Assembly: GCA_000320545.1 (NCBI GenBank)
Contig: ADNK01003241.1
Coordinates: forward strand, 1-41,513
Reading direction: 5' to 3'
DNA: 41,513 nucleotides
DNA from: Bigelowiella natans CCMP2755
Lineage: Eukaryota > Protista > Cercozoa
The first letter of the stretch is position 1; every line of letters starts with the position of its first letter. The position numbers were made by a program, and so were the translations under genes. Below are positions 11,711 through 25,986 of the stretch, piece after piece. The notes under the pieces are model-generated. The model was not told where the DNA came from. It did no database searches and saw only the letters and a list, made by a program, of their open reading frames with translations.

Positions 11711-13477
11711 ATAAAAGTAATACCTGATAGAGATGCATTTTATTCAACACTACAATCTTAAACAATATTCGGTACTTCTTAATACTTGCACGAACGATGA
11801 TGTCTGCATCTCATCATTATCATTATCATTATCACCATCATCATCATCGTCATCAATATCATCCCAAGAGCATGAGTAGCAGCAGCCTCCTTTTGCCTCA
11901 TGAGTGGTGTGACCTCAACACTAAAAGGATTACAATAACTTTCAGATGTGGAGAAAAGGTCTTTGGAGCTTCTCAGCTGCGAGACTTGGCCTTGCATCAC
12001 AATAAACAGCTTCAAAACCAAAACTAACAAGAAGGGAAAGCAAAGCCTGCAGAGTGATCATGGGCCTAATAATAGGGGTGGTGGTTATGGGGAAGAGGGT
12101 GAGCAGGACAGCTGCGGGGATAGAAAGGAAAAACGGAATATGAACATGGAGATGATGGCTACGAGGAAGATGATGAAGTCTCCCAGCTTTTTAAATGTTG
12201 TTGAGACTCACAGAATATCACAATCACACACACACACACACACGTACACGTACAGAGAAAGGGGTGTTACACATTTTTATAATATTACAATATTCAGCAG
12301 ATTGTACAGTGATAGAGGTAAATAGATATATTGATATAAAGCTGGACAACTACAGATCTGTAAGCAAATAGCGTATGTTGATAATTTCCTTTCCCTTGAT
12401 TTTCACTTGCTACAATATCTCATAGTATTGCATTGTAACATGATTTTATTGTTGTTATTAGGACTAACATCCTCCTCTTTCCCTTCTCTTATTTGCTAGG
12501 TGCTTGCGTCAGTCTGCCCCCCGCATTCTCAATTTGCCCATCTCATTTTCACCAATTCTCCTCGATCAGAGAAGCAAGATATGAGAGAAGGAGAACGAGG
12601 AGGAAGGAGGAGAGGGGGAAACGACTACAAATTAGCAGCAGAAGAAGATCATCGGTACTACTGTGAGAATTTATGGGACATCGATAGCCTGATTGGGGGC
12701 GGTACAATGACAAGTGACAGCAGTAGCTGTTGCGAATATGGATCATCATACGATGAAAGACGAAGAACGAGGAAGAGGATGCACAAGGCAAACGTCGTCC
12801 TTCATCAGCATGAGAAAAGGAGGAGGTGGAGGGGGAGGAGACGAGGGAATGCTCCTCCTCCTCCTCCTCCTCCTCCTCTACTTAGTCTCCTCCTCATGAA
12901 TCGTAATCGTCGTAGTGATAATAGCGGGATTGATGGAGGAAGAAATAACATCAACAACGAGAAGAACACTCGTGATCATGAGGAAGAAGAAGATAAAGAT
13001 GAAGATAATAAAGGTCACGAGGAGGAAATGGCTGTTCTGAAGGCTTTACGCAGCATTCCCTTCCTTGCTGACATTCGCAAGAGACTGCTTTGGGATCAGT
13101 AATTCTTTTTGAAAGACGAAGAAGAAGAAGAAGAAGAAGAATAAAAAAAAAAGAGAAGAGGAAGGAGAAGGGGAAGCAAGCAGCATTAAATACAAAGAAA
13201 ATATTAACACACCACGTTTCTATTTCTTCGTCCTCCCCTGTTGTTTTTTAAAATTAGTCTATTGGAGAAGTCGTTTGGAGGTGTCGTGCAGTTTATCAAA
13301 AAACATTCGTCACCATCATCATCATCATCTCAAGGTTGATGTTGTTTTGTTGTTGTTGTTGTTGTTGTAGTTGACATAACCGTATCGTCATGAGTGAAAT
13401 AACCAATTAACAAGGAATTAAGGGATGATACTCAATCACTGGGCTGTCATAAGGAAGTGTGTTTGTTTGTGTGTGTT

Positions 13478-13521
<44 letters not shown>

Positions 13522-13666
13522 GTCTATACCGTCTTTGCCTTGGTCCTTCCTACTGCTGCTGCTGCTGTTTCCTCAGGAGGATTTCTCTCAGAGAAGCTAT
13601 TCTTGATGTTGGACAAAAGTCACAACACTGTCGTTCGGGTACCCAGCCTGGATGACATAAAGATGC

Positions 13667-13700
<34 letters not shown>

Positions 13701-14652
13701 GGTGACGCTCCTTCTGCTGGAGAAATTGAGGGTGTTCTCTTCATATCCGAGGAGTGTGCATGAGAATGGCGGCCATACTCACAAATCTGCAGCATCATCG
13801 TCGTCGTCGTCAGTATCATCATCATTATCAGCTAGCTACCAAGAACAAGCGTCGGAGAGCGCGCGAGAGTGTGCTTCATACGTAGTAGGCTGCTGTATGC
13901 TATTAGCGGATGATGAGAGAATCCAGAAACGGCAGATAAAGATGAGAGATGATGATGACGAGGACGTCGCTAATAGTGACAAGAAAAGCGTCCTCCAGCA
14001 AGCCCTTGGCGCAACAACAGCTGTCGTAGCACCACCACCACCAGCAGCAGCAGCAGCAACATCTGCAGCCTCTTTAATTATGCGGGCTTCAAAGCTTCTT
14101 CGGGCATTCGTCCGGGATGTCACCACCACGGTAGAAGTAGTTGTAGTAGTACTAGTTGTAGAAGTAGTAGCAGCTCAGTAACTACTACTACTACTACCCC
14201 CACACCTCAATAACAAACAATCATCATCACGATCATCATCACCATCATTATCATTCTCGTGTTTCTAATAGCCCGCAGTCACCATCTGCGAATGGGTTTG
14301 CAAGTTCTTCGGATGGATACCAGATAAGCTTGCCATGAAAATAAAGGAGATTGGAATACTCAACAGTGTTATTTCGAACGATTTAGATCCTGGTAGTAAT
14401 GATGGTAGTAGTAGTAGTAGAAGTAGTAGTAGTAGTAGTAGTAGTGGTGATGGTGGTGGTAGTACCATCTCATCATCACAACGACAACTATAATTTCCAT
14501 CACTACCTAGAACGCTTCTAATGATAGTAATAATACAGGTTTGCTCACTTTGTACCGACAAAGAGCAGGTCTTCTTTTTCTTATTCTTCTTCTTCTTTTT
14601 GTTATTATCACTACTAGTAGCGCAATATAAGCATACCATTTATTCCTGTTGG

Positions 14653-14691
<39 letters not shown>

Positions 14692-14851
14692 AAGACTCTC
14701 TCTAACTTATTCTGCACTATTATTATGATACAGCCTTTGATGATAGGTTGGCGCGTTATATTGTCATTAGCATTTCGCCTTCATCTTTATCTTCGTCACT
14801 GTCACTGTCATCGCAAATTGTAAGAGATGTTGCGGCAGCAAGGTTCTTCCC

Positions 14852-14883
<32 letters not shown>

Positions 14884-16153
14884 AGAAGAAGAAGAAGAAG
14901 AAGAAGAAGAAGAGACAAGAATCTGCAAAGGCTGTGCAAACTGCTGCAGGGAGCCATGATGCCTGTAATACTAGCCCTCTTCCTCCTCCTCCTCTCGAAT
15001 CATCATTACATTCATCATCTTCACCACTACTACGACAAACCCCTTCTTTCCCCGAGGAGTCTTTATCACAATCTACTCCGGGCTTGAAGAGGCCGAGAGA
15101 AGAAGAGGAACTTCTTATTATCGACGAGAAGGAGGAGGAGAGCAGCATTATTAGTTGCGGTAGTGGAAGACAGACAAACGGTGGTAGGAACAGCAGCAGC
15201 AAGAGGGGCAGATTGCAAGATCTGCATCAGCGCTCTTTGACCAAGAAACAGCGAATAATGTGTAGTAGTAATAGTAGTAGCGAAAACAACAACACGCACC
15301 AGCAGCAACAACAGGACGATGAGGATAAAGTTAGAATAATGGCAAGGTCCTCATCCTCAAGAGTAATGATATCTGAATCTGACTGGAAGGAAAGAATACA
15401 GCAGATGAGGAAGGAGGAGTTTGGTCTCGAAGCGAATAACGGCACTAATCGTAGTAAGGAAGATGGAAAAGCAGGGCCTCCAAACAAAGAACTACTACAT
15501 TTACTTTCACCAGAGCAGAAAAGACTATTTGAGAATCAGCGTCTACGAATGGTGTGTACATTGAAAGCAATATGATAGTGACAACGAAGTGGAAATGGTG
15601 ATGCTGTTGATGGCTATGGTGATGATGGTGATGATGATGATGATGATGATGATGACGATGATGTTGCTGTGATGGATAATACAAAGGGCCGTGCTCTCGA
15701 AAGACTTTCTGTGGAGCTCTACAGTAATATATTAATATATATATTTCATCTACAATTGTTGTCTCATCTCACGGAAAAGACGCGGTGGTTTATGTTCTTT
15801 GGTACTTTCATCAGGTTCTGACGTCCATTTTCTGCTCGAGCTCATTCAAAATGCAGACGATAATGAGTAAGTAGTAGTAGTACATGTTGTGTTAGTAGCA
15901 CAGGAGCAGAGCAAACAGAAAAGTGGGAGGAGATGTGGAGGAATAGTTTTAATTAGGAGGAAGAGAGAATGATGATGATGATGATGATGATGATGATGGC
16001 CTTTTCCCATTGCCATTCGTGTACGTCATTTGCAAATACATGTCTCCTCCCAAAGGTACTACTGTGGTGGTGAGGAACAACCGACGATTGAGCTGATTCT
16101 GCAGCCAGAATTTCTTGCTTTCCTCAACAACGAAGTGGGATTTAAACCGGTAG

Positions 16154-16216
<63 letters not shown>

Positions 16217-16854
16217 AAACGTATAAAGAAACGGCAATCATCATGCAAACAAACATCATACGGAAATATGTGCTTATTTCTAGGTTCTTCCCCCCCTCAT
16301 TCTCCTCATCCTCATTCCCTCATCCTCATTCTCCTCCTCCTCATTCTCCTCCTCCTCCTCGAGTTTCTTCACCCACACTAGCACCAGCAGAATCAATTTT
16401 CTTCTCTTGACGTCGTGTTGTCAAAATGTTGTTTGTGTTGCAGTCCGACCTAAGGGCAATATGCGACATCGGTGCTTCCACCAAGACGACATCAACCAAA
16501 GGTGCTGTTGCTGCTGCGTGTTTGAGCATGTGTACTATTTTGGACATTTACACATAATTTAGAATCTATTCATATAAAGCATAAATATTGTGTAATGGTC
16601 ATTTGGAAAAGGGGGAGAGAGATATCTAGAAGATAATTTTTCACGCTACCATCTTCTTCCAGGGGGAAAAGGAGGAGAGAAGATTGGGAAAAAGGTAATA
16701 ATAATATACGTGAGAAAAACCTGTAGTAGTGGAAGTAGTAGTAGTAGTAGTAGTACCTTACTTCTTTTGTCACCGTAGTCATCATACGCATTATTATCAT
16801 CTTGTCATACACATACGTGAATATATAATCTATGTGCATCATTATCATCTTGTC

Positions 16855-16898
<44 letters not shown>

Positions 16899-18127
16899 AA
16901 TATATAATCTTGCAACAACAAGCTGTACTACTGTATTGATTTTGATTTCTTCCCCTCCTTATTCCTCCCCCACCCCCTTTCTCCTTGTCCTCCCTCCTAC
17001 ATTTCTCGTTCTGGTGATGACCACCCAGGGAATTGGCTTTAAATCAGTCTTTCGAATCACCGATTCTCCCGAGGTAATGAAATACTTCTGAGTAGTAGTA
17101 GTAGTAGTAGATAATGGAAGAAGAACAAGAACAAGAACAAGAGAGGAGAGAGTAATTGGGAACCACCGGAATCATTGCCAAAATTAACCAAAATTGGCCA
17201 AAATTAGTTGTATGATCAAGTAAAATCGTAAAATAGCAAACAAGAATAGTGTACCTTCAAATCTCCGTTACCTTTGCGTCCTTCCTTGATCTACCCATTA
17301 ACAAGAAATAATAACAATGATAATGTTTATAAATAACTTCTAAGGTGCATTCCAAAGGTCTCCACATCCGATTCGACTCGAGGAACTCACCAGTATGTTG
17401 ATAGCTGTGTTAGCATCATCTTCATTTCTCTTTATCCCACCGTATCATCACTGAATAAGACCGTTCTTTCCTTTCTCACAATTTTTCCCTGCTGCTGCTG
17501 CTGCTGCTGCTACGTAACTTTATTGTTTGTCTGTGTTTGAAATACTACCGAGAAGATCGGCTACATTGTTCCTCAGTGGGTTACTTCCCATTCTACGCCT
17601 GAATCCATGCTTTCTGTTGCAAAACGGCTATCGTCGTTGAGTAGTAGTAGTAGTAGGGTTAAAGGAAAGGTAAAGGAGGACACCAACTTGGATGATGATG
17701 ATCATGATGACGATGATGCGGAGTGGAACTTAAGAACAACCACCGCTATATTGCTGCCATTTCGGAATGAGATTGCAAAACGCAGGTGGTTCCTATGCTT
17801 AACAATACCCCAAGGAGGGAGACATCGTATCCATTACACTGAACACGCACGTACAAACACCTGGTTTGCGCTAAAGGTAAGTTAACCTGGACCATGTTGT
17901 TGTTGTTGTTCTTCTTCTTCCTCTAGGGTTTTGAACGAGGTAACGACACTTCCGATGACTCTCCTTTTGTTCCTTCGCAAATTGAGAACAATTTACGTGT
18001 ATGTCCCAAAGGGGATGATGATGAAGGCAGCAGCAGCAACAACAACAACAAAAGATGAACAGAAGACTCTAATAAAACGGCGACGAGGAGGAGGAAAACG
18101 AGCACCCAAATCATCATCGCCGACAAT

Positions 18128-18160
<33 letters not shown>

Positions 18161-18766
18161 CCGACTTGATGGTGTTGAGAAGAAGGACTACGACAGTTAT
18201 CTCTTGCGGAGAATCCATCGAAGAGACTTCCCCGGTATTGGAATCACAGAAATAACAACCTCAGCGACGAAGAGGGGCATACTTGGAGAAGAAAAAGGAA
18301 AAGGAAACGGGGGAGGGGATGAAGGTCTTCAGGGGGAGGGACAATATTTGAACAGGTGCCGCTTAGATTTCGCTTGATTTGTGCGATGATGCCTCCATTG
18401 AACGATACGAGGAAAAGAACATAATTATCATCACCACCATCATCAATCCATTGCACATCTAGGGAGAGATGGCTGGTCAATCGTTCCTCCGTGTTGTTTC
18501 ATCGGAATGATGCAAATGGCTTTCGTGAGGGCAGCAAGACCACCACCAGCAGTTGTTGTCAACTTGCGTTGGCATTTCCACTCAACGACAAGGTTATCAT
18601 CATCACCATTATCATCATTTTCTTCTTCATCATCATGGGCTACTGCTACAGTAGTACTACTAGTAGTAGTAGTAGTAGTACTTTCACCCAGTGGTTACAT
18701 CTCCGTGATTCATTTATTTATTTATTCATCGCAAAATGTAAGCTGCATTGGTGTTCAGCTTAGTGT

Positions 18767-18802
<36 letters not shown>

Positions 18803-19637
18803 TAAAGCCTCCTTTTCCCCACATGATGAATCATCACAAGTTGTTAATTTGCATACTACACAGGAATACCAAGATATAATTGTGAATACGACTGCCCCAT
18901 CATTTCCATCTGCTGTAGAAGAACATAAGGAGCCAAAAGAATCTGATGATACTACCACTATTACTACTGCTACTACTACTATTCGTAGGAGAGCAGCAGC
19001 AGCAGCAGCAGCAACAGCAGAAACTTCCCTAATATATAACACAAAATTCATTCGAAAAAAGCAAAGCGAGGGGGACGAATTGATGAAACAGCACGGTAAT
19101 AACGTGTGGCTGTTGTGGAAAGAAAATCGACGTCGAGAAGGAGGAGGAGGAGGAGGAGGAGGGAACCGACCACAACGACGACGACGGCATAGTTGTAATG
19201 AAAGTAGCAGTAGTAGTATCTTATCATCATGCTCCAACAATGAAGTCGAGCACTTCTCCCTGGACGACGACAACGACAATAATAAAGGAGGCGATTATGA
19301 GAAGGATCATTATGATCAGGATGATGGGGATAATCATCTTGTATCATTGCCTTTCCGCAAGAGCAGATATGTGTATGTAAAACCTAGTATTTCGAAAAAG
19401 AAGAAGAAGAAGAAGAAGAAGAAGAAGAAGAAGGGGGGAGAGAAGGAAAAATGTGATAATGCTTGATGTCGCGGAGAGACAATGTGAGCTTCTTCTTTTC
19501 GTATTTTTCTGCAACAATAAAAATGAGTCGTTGGTAAGTGATAATTCGTCATCAATAGTCTACTAATAACCTAATCGATCTTGCTGCAGCTATTCTCACT
19601 TGCCGGTTCGGTCTTATGGCTTCAAATTCATCATACA

Positions 19638-19670
<33 letters not shown>

Positions 19671-20404
19671 CAGTGTGAATCTATCATCTTTTACTCGCAG
19701 CAGCAAGGAGCTAGCAATCCTGAACAGATGTCAATATTGTCATTTCATTCATTCAGCGTCTCACATCCAACCCTCATCTCACTAAACTTACACAGGCAAC
19801 TTCGATGTTCCATCGTCAAGAGAGAACATTGATTCTGACTCAGCCAAAAACCAAGAGATCTCTCTTCATATCCCGAAAGCGTTTGCGGAGGCATTTGTTA
19901 AAGCACTTACTCAAGTAGAAACTCGATGCAAAAGAGAATCCTCAGGAGGAGGGAAAATGGGAGGAAAAGCTGTTCATACTCAAGAAGCTGCAACGGCTGC
20001 TGCTGCCGCTGTGGCAAACTTCTTTCTGTCCTTTGTCCCTTTACAAGGAGAAATTCTAAGTACTACTACTACTACTACTACTACTACTATCTTGTGTTTA
20101 TAGATTGGAAGATATTGCAGATTTATCATGGAATTGTCGCTGATGTAACACGACGATCTGCAAATTAATGTCTTTCTTTATCTCTTTATCTCATTTTAAG
20201 ATTCAAATTATCTCCATAGGTGGGGTCTTTTCTTCAGTCGCCAAGAATCTTCACGATATTTTGAGAGAGGTGCATAGAGATTCGAACATGTGACAGCAGC
20301 AGCAACAACAACAACAACAACAACAACAACAGCGCACCTGCTGAGACAACAGAATACTACATGCGCATATAGCTAGGTAGGCGAGATAGCAAGGAGGAAG
20401 AGGA

Positions 20405-20447
<43 letters not shown>

Positions 20448-20614
20448 CAATGCGATTGGTGGAATGAGATCAACTAATAATCGATAATGATACTACAAAT
20501 ATTGTTGTTGTTCTTCTTTTCATCATCATCAGACTCGATGCATCCCTTGTCTGCCTACGATGATGAGACAGCAGAGTACGATCAAGACGATGAAAAAGAA
20601 AAGATGGCTACATA

Positions 20615-20648
<34 letters not shown>

Positions 20649-22701
20649 CAAAATGGGAACCGCGGAAGAGAGTAAGCAGAGGGATGTGGATGATGATATA
20701 ACGACGACAACGACGACTGCAGCTGTTTTTGCAAAATCTGCAATTGGTTCAATCAGCATCCGAAGACCCAGGGAAGCTCTGGTCATATATAATACTAACA
20801 GTGACAGCAATGAAGCCAGTGTATGATAATTCTTCGGTTGAAGTAGTAGTACTGTCAATAAAGCATGTGTATGAAAATTCTTCAGTTGAAGTAGTGGTAG
20901 TAGTACTCCTTAGTGCTGTAAAATAATCAAGTGTTAAGATATACATATACGCTGCTATTTATTAGGTTGCGTGGGCACCTGACGAGATATTTGCGGCAGT
21001 TCCGCCTTTGCTTGCCGGTTTATGCTCATCATCTTCTCAGAAAGAACATGACAGCTATGGTGGAAACAGCGACAAAGGCGACGACGTCAATCTATCTTTC
21101 ATGAGTCCGCATGTTCATATCCGTGAAACACTTATCAACAGGTTTGTAAAAGTAGTTTTTGTAGCTGTTGTGCTCCAAAACTGCTACTGTTGTCTAACAA
21201 TAACAGCATGATGTCATTACTAGATGTGTAATGTGTATGAGCAACATGATGCGAGTAGTTGCAACAACAATGCCAAGCTATATCATCATCATTGTCATCA
21301 TTATCCAGGTTGAATATATCGTACTTTGAGTCTAAACATCTGGTTACCTTCGCCGAGAATTTGTTTCAAGGAGGACCATCGAGACAACAAGAAGAAACCC
21401 TTCCTCCGCCTGTAAGCAATTACTAATTACTATCGTGCACGCACACACACACACACACACACACATTCACACACAACTAAACTCACAAACAGTGTCCTCA
21501 TATATTTGGTGTGAAGTAAGTAGGCAGTAGCTAAATGTAGTGAGTATTAGTTTACATACTTTCTTACATTGTTCTTCCTCATTTTTTCATTTCTCAGGAA
21601 TGGATTGCTTCGTTTTTGCTGTGTCTGAACAATTGTCTTGCCCGGGAGGCAGTGACAGCAGCAGCAGCAGCAGACTCCTACTACAATGTTGATGAGCATC
21701 ATCATCAGCCCTATCATCTTAGTAGTAGTAGTAGCAGCAGCTATCGTCATCATCGTCACAGCAAGACCACACAAACGACGACGAGCAGCTTTGGAGAGAT
21801 CATGAATCGTGTTCGTAAGCTGCCTATAGTTCCAGTTGTGGCGAGTAGTGAGTTAGAAGAGGACTTCAATTGGGAGGAGGAGGAAGGGGAGGAAGAGGAG
21901 GAAAAGGAGAGGAGTGAAGGAGAAGAATACCGGGAAGATAATAGCCAAGAGGCAATGCCTAGCACAACCCGAAAGCAAATCGATGGAGCTACATCTTCTT
22001 CTACTACTACTACTACTACTATTCCCCTACGAAGAATATCTATAGATTCTATGCAGATTTATCTTCCAGAGGAGAGGAGGAGGAGGAGGAGGAGTTCTAT
22101 GATGACAGAAGATGCTCCTCTTTTACTCGTCCCCGATAAAGGGAAGGATGCAAAGAAGAATACCAATCGAAATAATAATCAACGGAAAAATAATAATAAT
22201 AATAATAATAAGTTGGGTAGCGCATTCAATGTTGTGTGGCCAGGTGTCTTCAAAGCTGTGAAGACGACTGAGGAAGTGTCCATTTTGAGGAGGACGTTCC
22301 TAAGGTAGTAGTTGTGTGGGTATGCGAGTGTGAGTGTGAGTGTGTTCTGTACTTGAGCCGTGTCTTCCAATATGATGTCTTCGTTGTCTTCTGTATTGAC
22401 TTTAGGCTTGGCGCAAAGGAGTTTTCTCCTGAATCAGTGATTCTTGGCCACTTGTTACCAAAAATGGCTTCGTTTTCTTCGTCATTGCTATCATCATCGA
22501 GATCAACATCGACATCAGCATCATCACCTTCCCTTTCCAAAGCTGAGCTCCTTCAGGCCACTGCCTTTATCCGCAAATTTTTTCCGCGTCTAAAAGCCAC
22601 GGAAAATGGGAATAGAATTCTGGAAAAGCTGGGGCAAGTAATGGTTGTGTTGACATCAAAGGACGAGATTGTGAGGTAGTAGTAGTAGTAGTAGCAGCAG
22701 C

Positions 22702-22735
<34 letters not shown>

Positions 22736-25700
22736 AAGAGATGACGATAGGTAGAAGATTTTGCGTCATGTGTTTGTGTGTCTCTGTCTTTCTTGGGTAA
22801 AGGATGATGAAGATGGCTAGAATAGAGTACCTACCTTAGAAACAGCGACGATACTACGATACAACTCAAACTTCAATAAACCAACAACTGGTGATGATGA
22901 TGTCAAAGAGGCTGGGGGTTATCATGCAAATCGGCAGGGTGCTTTGTTTTATTGCAAGTTATCAGACACACACTGTATTTGCTGCGACAACACTGTATCT
23001 GACCAATGAATGAATCTCGGCTGGTGCTCATATCTTGCTTTTTATTTTGGTGATCTCGCTGTGATGACAGGGTTTCTTCACCGTTCTCTTCGTCATCTTC
23101 TCTATCATCATTGTCATCATCATTGTCATCATCTTCTTCTGACCTTCCGGCTGCCGTTTACTTCCCCGCCGAGTATCTGACCGCTTTTCGAAGCTTGGAA
23201 GACCCCGAGAAGGTGCTCTTTCAACCCCCAACAGCGGATCAAGTCTTGCGAGGTAGTAGCTCTATGCGATGATGATGATGATGATGATAATGATGATGAT
23301 ACCGCTAGTGGTAGATGCTGAATTAAACCCTCCTCCTTCTTCCTTCTTCCTCCTTCCTCCTTCTCCTTTCAAAAAGCTTGCTCATCTTCAAAAGTTGAAT
23401 ATCACATACTTTCGGGAGAGTACCTCCAAGCCAGCGATAAAGACACCAACGATCATTGCAGCAACAGTAGCAATGTGAAATGGCGTGAATTCTTCCAAGT
23501 ATCCCCTCGCCTTGACCCCTCCATGTTTTGGTTTCGAATCTTGCTGATAAATACATCCTTGTCGTTTAAATTATGCTCTGAAATCTCATTGAATAATTGT
23601 GTAATAATTTGAACAAACGACTATAATCTAATTACTACAGCGGTTTGGAGTTTGTCCCTTCTTACGCGTGGTGCCGATGAGGAAGAAAAAGCAGAAGCAG
23701 CAGCAGCAGCACAAGCACCAGCGACTGAGAAAGAAGAAGAAGAAGAAAAAAAGTGGTGTTGATATTGATGGTAGCGAGATCTTGGTGTACTGCCCCGATT
23801 TCAATGAGATTGTGGCAAGCATTGGCACGATGATATCATCTTTGACTGTAGATGGTAGTAAGATTAGTAGTCTAAAGGGTGTGAAGAAGAAGAAGAAGAA
23901 GAAGGAGGAGGAGGAGGGCACAACGGAGAGAATCAAGATGATCCAAATACGTGATAGAACGATGCGGCTGCTTTTCTTCGGATTCTTAAGCAATTGGGAC
24001 ACATACTACAAGCGATTCAGATCCAAAGGACTAATAAAGCAGCTTCAAAGGCATCGCTGGCTGCCATCAGTGCACGATATGAAGAGCAACGGTGACAGTA
24101 TTACGAATTTGTTCTGCCGTCCCTACTACGCATTATATCGTCCAAGAGAGTTGTTTGTAGATACCCCGCATACTCGCAGCATTGTATGGAGGTTGGCTAG
24201 ATTGCTTGACGTTGACACACGCAGCTTCACGGGTGACTATGATGATGCTGATGATGATGATGACGGTCATGGTCGCATTAAAGCCAACAGGAAGAAGGTG
24301 AGACGGAAAAAGAATAACCGCGGAGATAAAAAAAATCAAAAGAATAGCCGTGGCAGGAAAATCCAGTCTTCCTCCTCCTCCTCCCCCTCCTTCTCAGCTT
24401 CGTTGCCTTCAATCCCCCTTTGGCGATTGGCCGGTTGGCCGTCGTCTTCATCCGTATCATTATCATCATCGGGGTTAGCATCCAGCGATGATGGGAAAAA
24501 AGAAAAACAAGAAAAAGAAAAAGAAGGGGGGAGAAGGGATCACAAACAAGAGGAAGATGAACGTGTCAGCGCGTACTTACGAGATCTCGGCATCAAAGGC
24601 ACAGGCATTGAATCATCAATGGGGGGGAAGGTGTCCCCTTTCGAATTTGCTGACTTATTGCTTAAAATGCAAGATGAGGAGGCTAAACGGCCAGGAACTA
24701 CCTGTGCTTCTATAGCCCAGATGCTACAAGGATATCAACTTATCAGCAACTGCTACGACGATTGCTCAGTACGTTCACTAGACAACGAAGGAGGAGGAAG
24801 AAGAGGAGGAGGAGGAGCTCATGGCGGTATAATCTTCCATCATGGAAACAAAGAAATAAGAGGTGAGGGATCTTTTGTCGCTTCTTCTTCTCCTTCATCG
24901 TCTTCTTCTGCTTCTTGTTCAAATGCTATATTACACTTTGGTAAGATACCGATTTTCATTCCGGCTGCACCACCGACAAATGCCTATAGCCCAGAAAAGG
25001 GATCGTTCTATTGCCAGACGGCTTGTGTGTGGGAAGACTCATCTGGAGTGTTGGACTCCTGCTCTGCAATGTTCTTCACTGAGGAAGAGGGGAAGAAGGG
25101 AGAAGAAGAGAGAGGGGTGAGATCGGCCTCCAACCAGACAATAAGAATTCCTCGTGTCCTTTGTCAATACTACCAACCAATGAGTGATGCAAGAAAAGCG
25201 CTCGGGTTCACAAAGCACAGCATTGCTGTCGATCCTTCCCCTTTCACCTTTGTTCATGCTATGGAAAAAATAACGGAGATACTACCAGCCAAGAAAGCTG
25301 CACCAAAAGTCTTCAGGCTTGTAGCTGCATTAGGCCGCATATCCAGGGGTGATAGTAGTAGTAGTAGTAGTAGAAGAAGAGCTCACGGTGAAGATCATAA
25401 GCATCAGGGTGACTGGATTCAAGAACTCAAACAGAAGCAAATATTTCCAACATTCACCCATCGCTACGTCACTCCATCATCGCAGGTACAGAAATGTCTG
25501 TACCTGCCGTCCGTGTGTGTGTGTGTGTATAAATGTGTATTGCACGTACGAAGCCCTTATACAATTCTCTCTCTCCCCCTCTTTCTCTCTCTCTCTCTTT
25601 ATCTTTCACCCTCCTTAGGATGGCCTAATCTACTCTCTCGATACTCCAGCAGTGCATAAACTGCAACAGAAGCAGCACCAACAAGATTCGAAGAATAACA

Positions 25701-25955
25701 TGATGCTGCTGCTCTCTATGCTCAGATCAAAACACCCTGATCTTCCCCTCATCATCGTACCATCATCAATGAGTAGAAGGAGGACAACTTCAAAGCAAAG
25801 CCAACACCTAAGAAGAAGAAGTAAGGATACAATTGTGCAAGTTGTCGATGCGGTTGCAAATAAAGAGGAGGAGGAGGAGGAGGACATAATTAGCTGCTTG
25901 AAGTTATTAGGGGGTATATCCCTGTGGGACTTGGTTGAGGACGTCCCAATTATTC

Positions 25956-25986
<31 letters not shown>

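Noticed and set aside
15815-17073. Calling the large gene sacsin (SACS) or Hsp90/MORC
   Set aside because: Only one GHKL module was found, no DnaJ/HEPN tail was seen, and it ends in DUF3883 with NOV-specific flanking motifs (EEFGL, GRAL..LS.ELYS).
23668-25659. Treating the 663-aa, 399-aa (26884..28083), 319-aa and 275-aa ORFs as separate genes
   Set aside because: They are bounded by phase-compatible splice sites and fall in the expected NOV motif order, so they are large exons of one gene.
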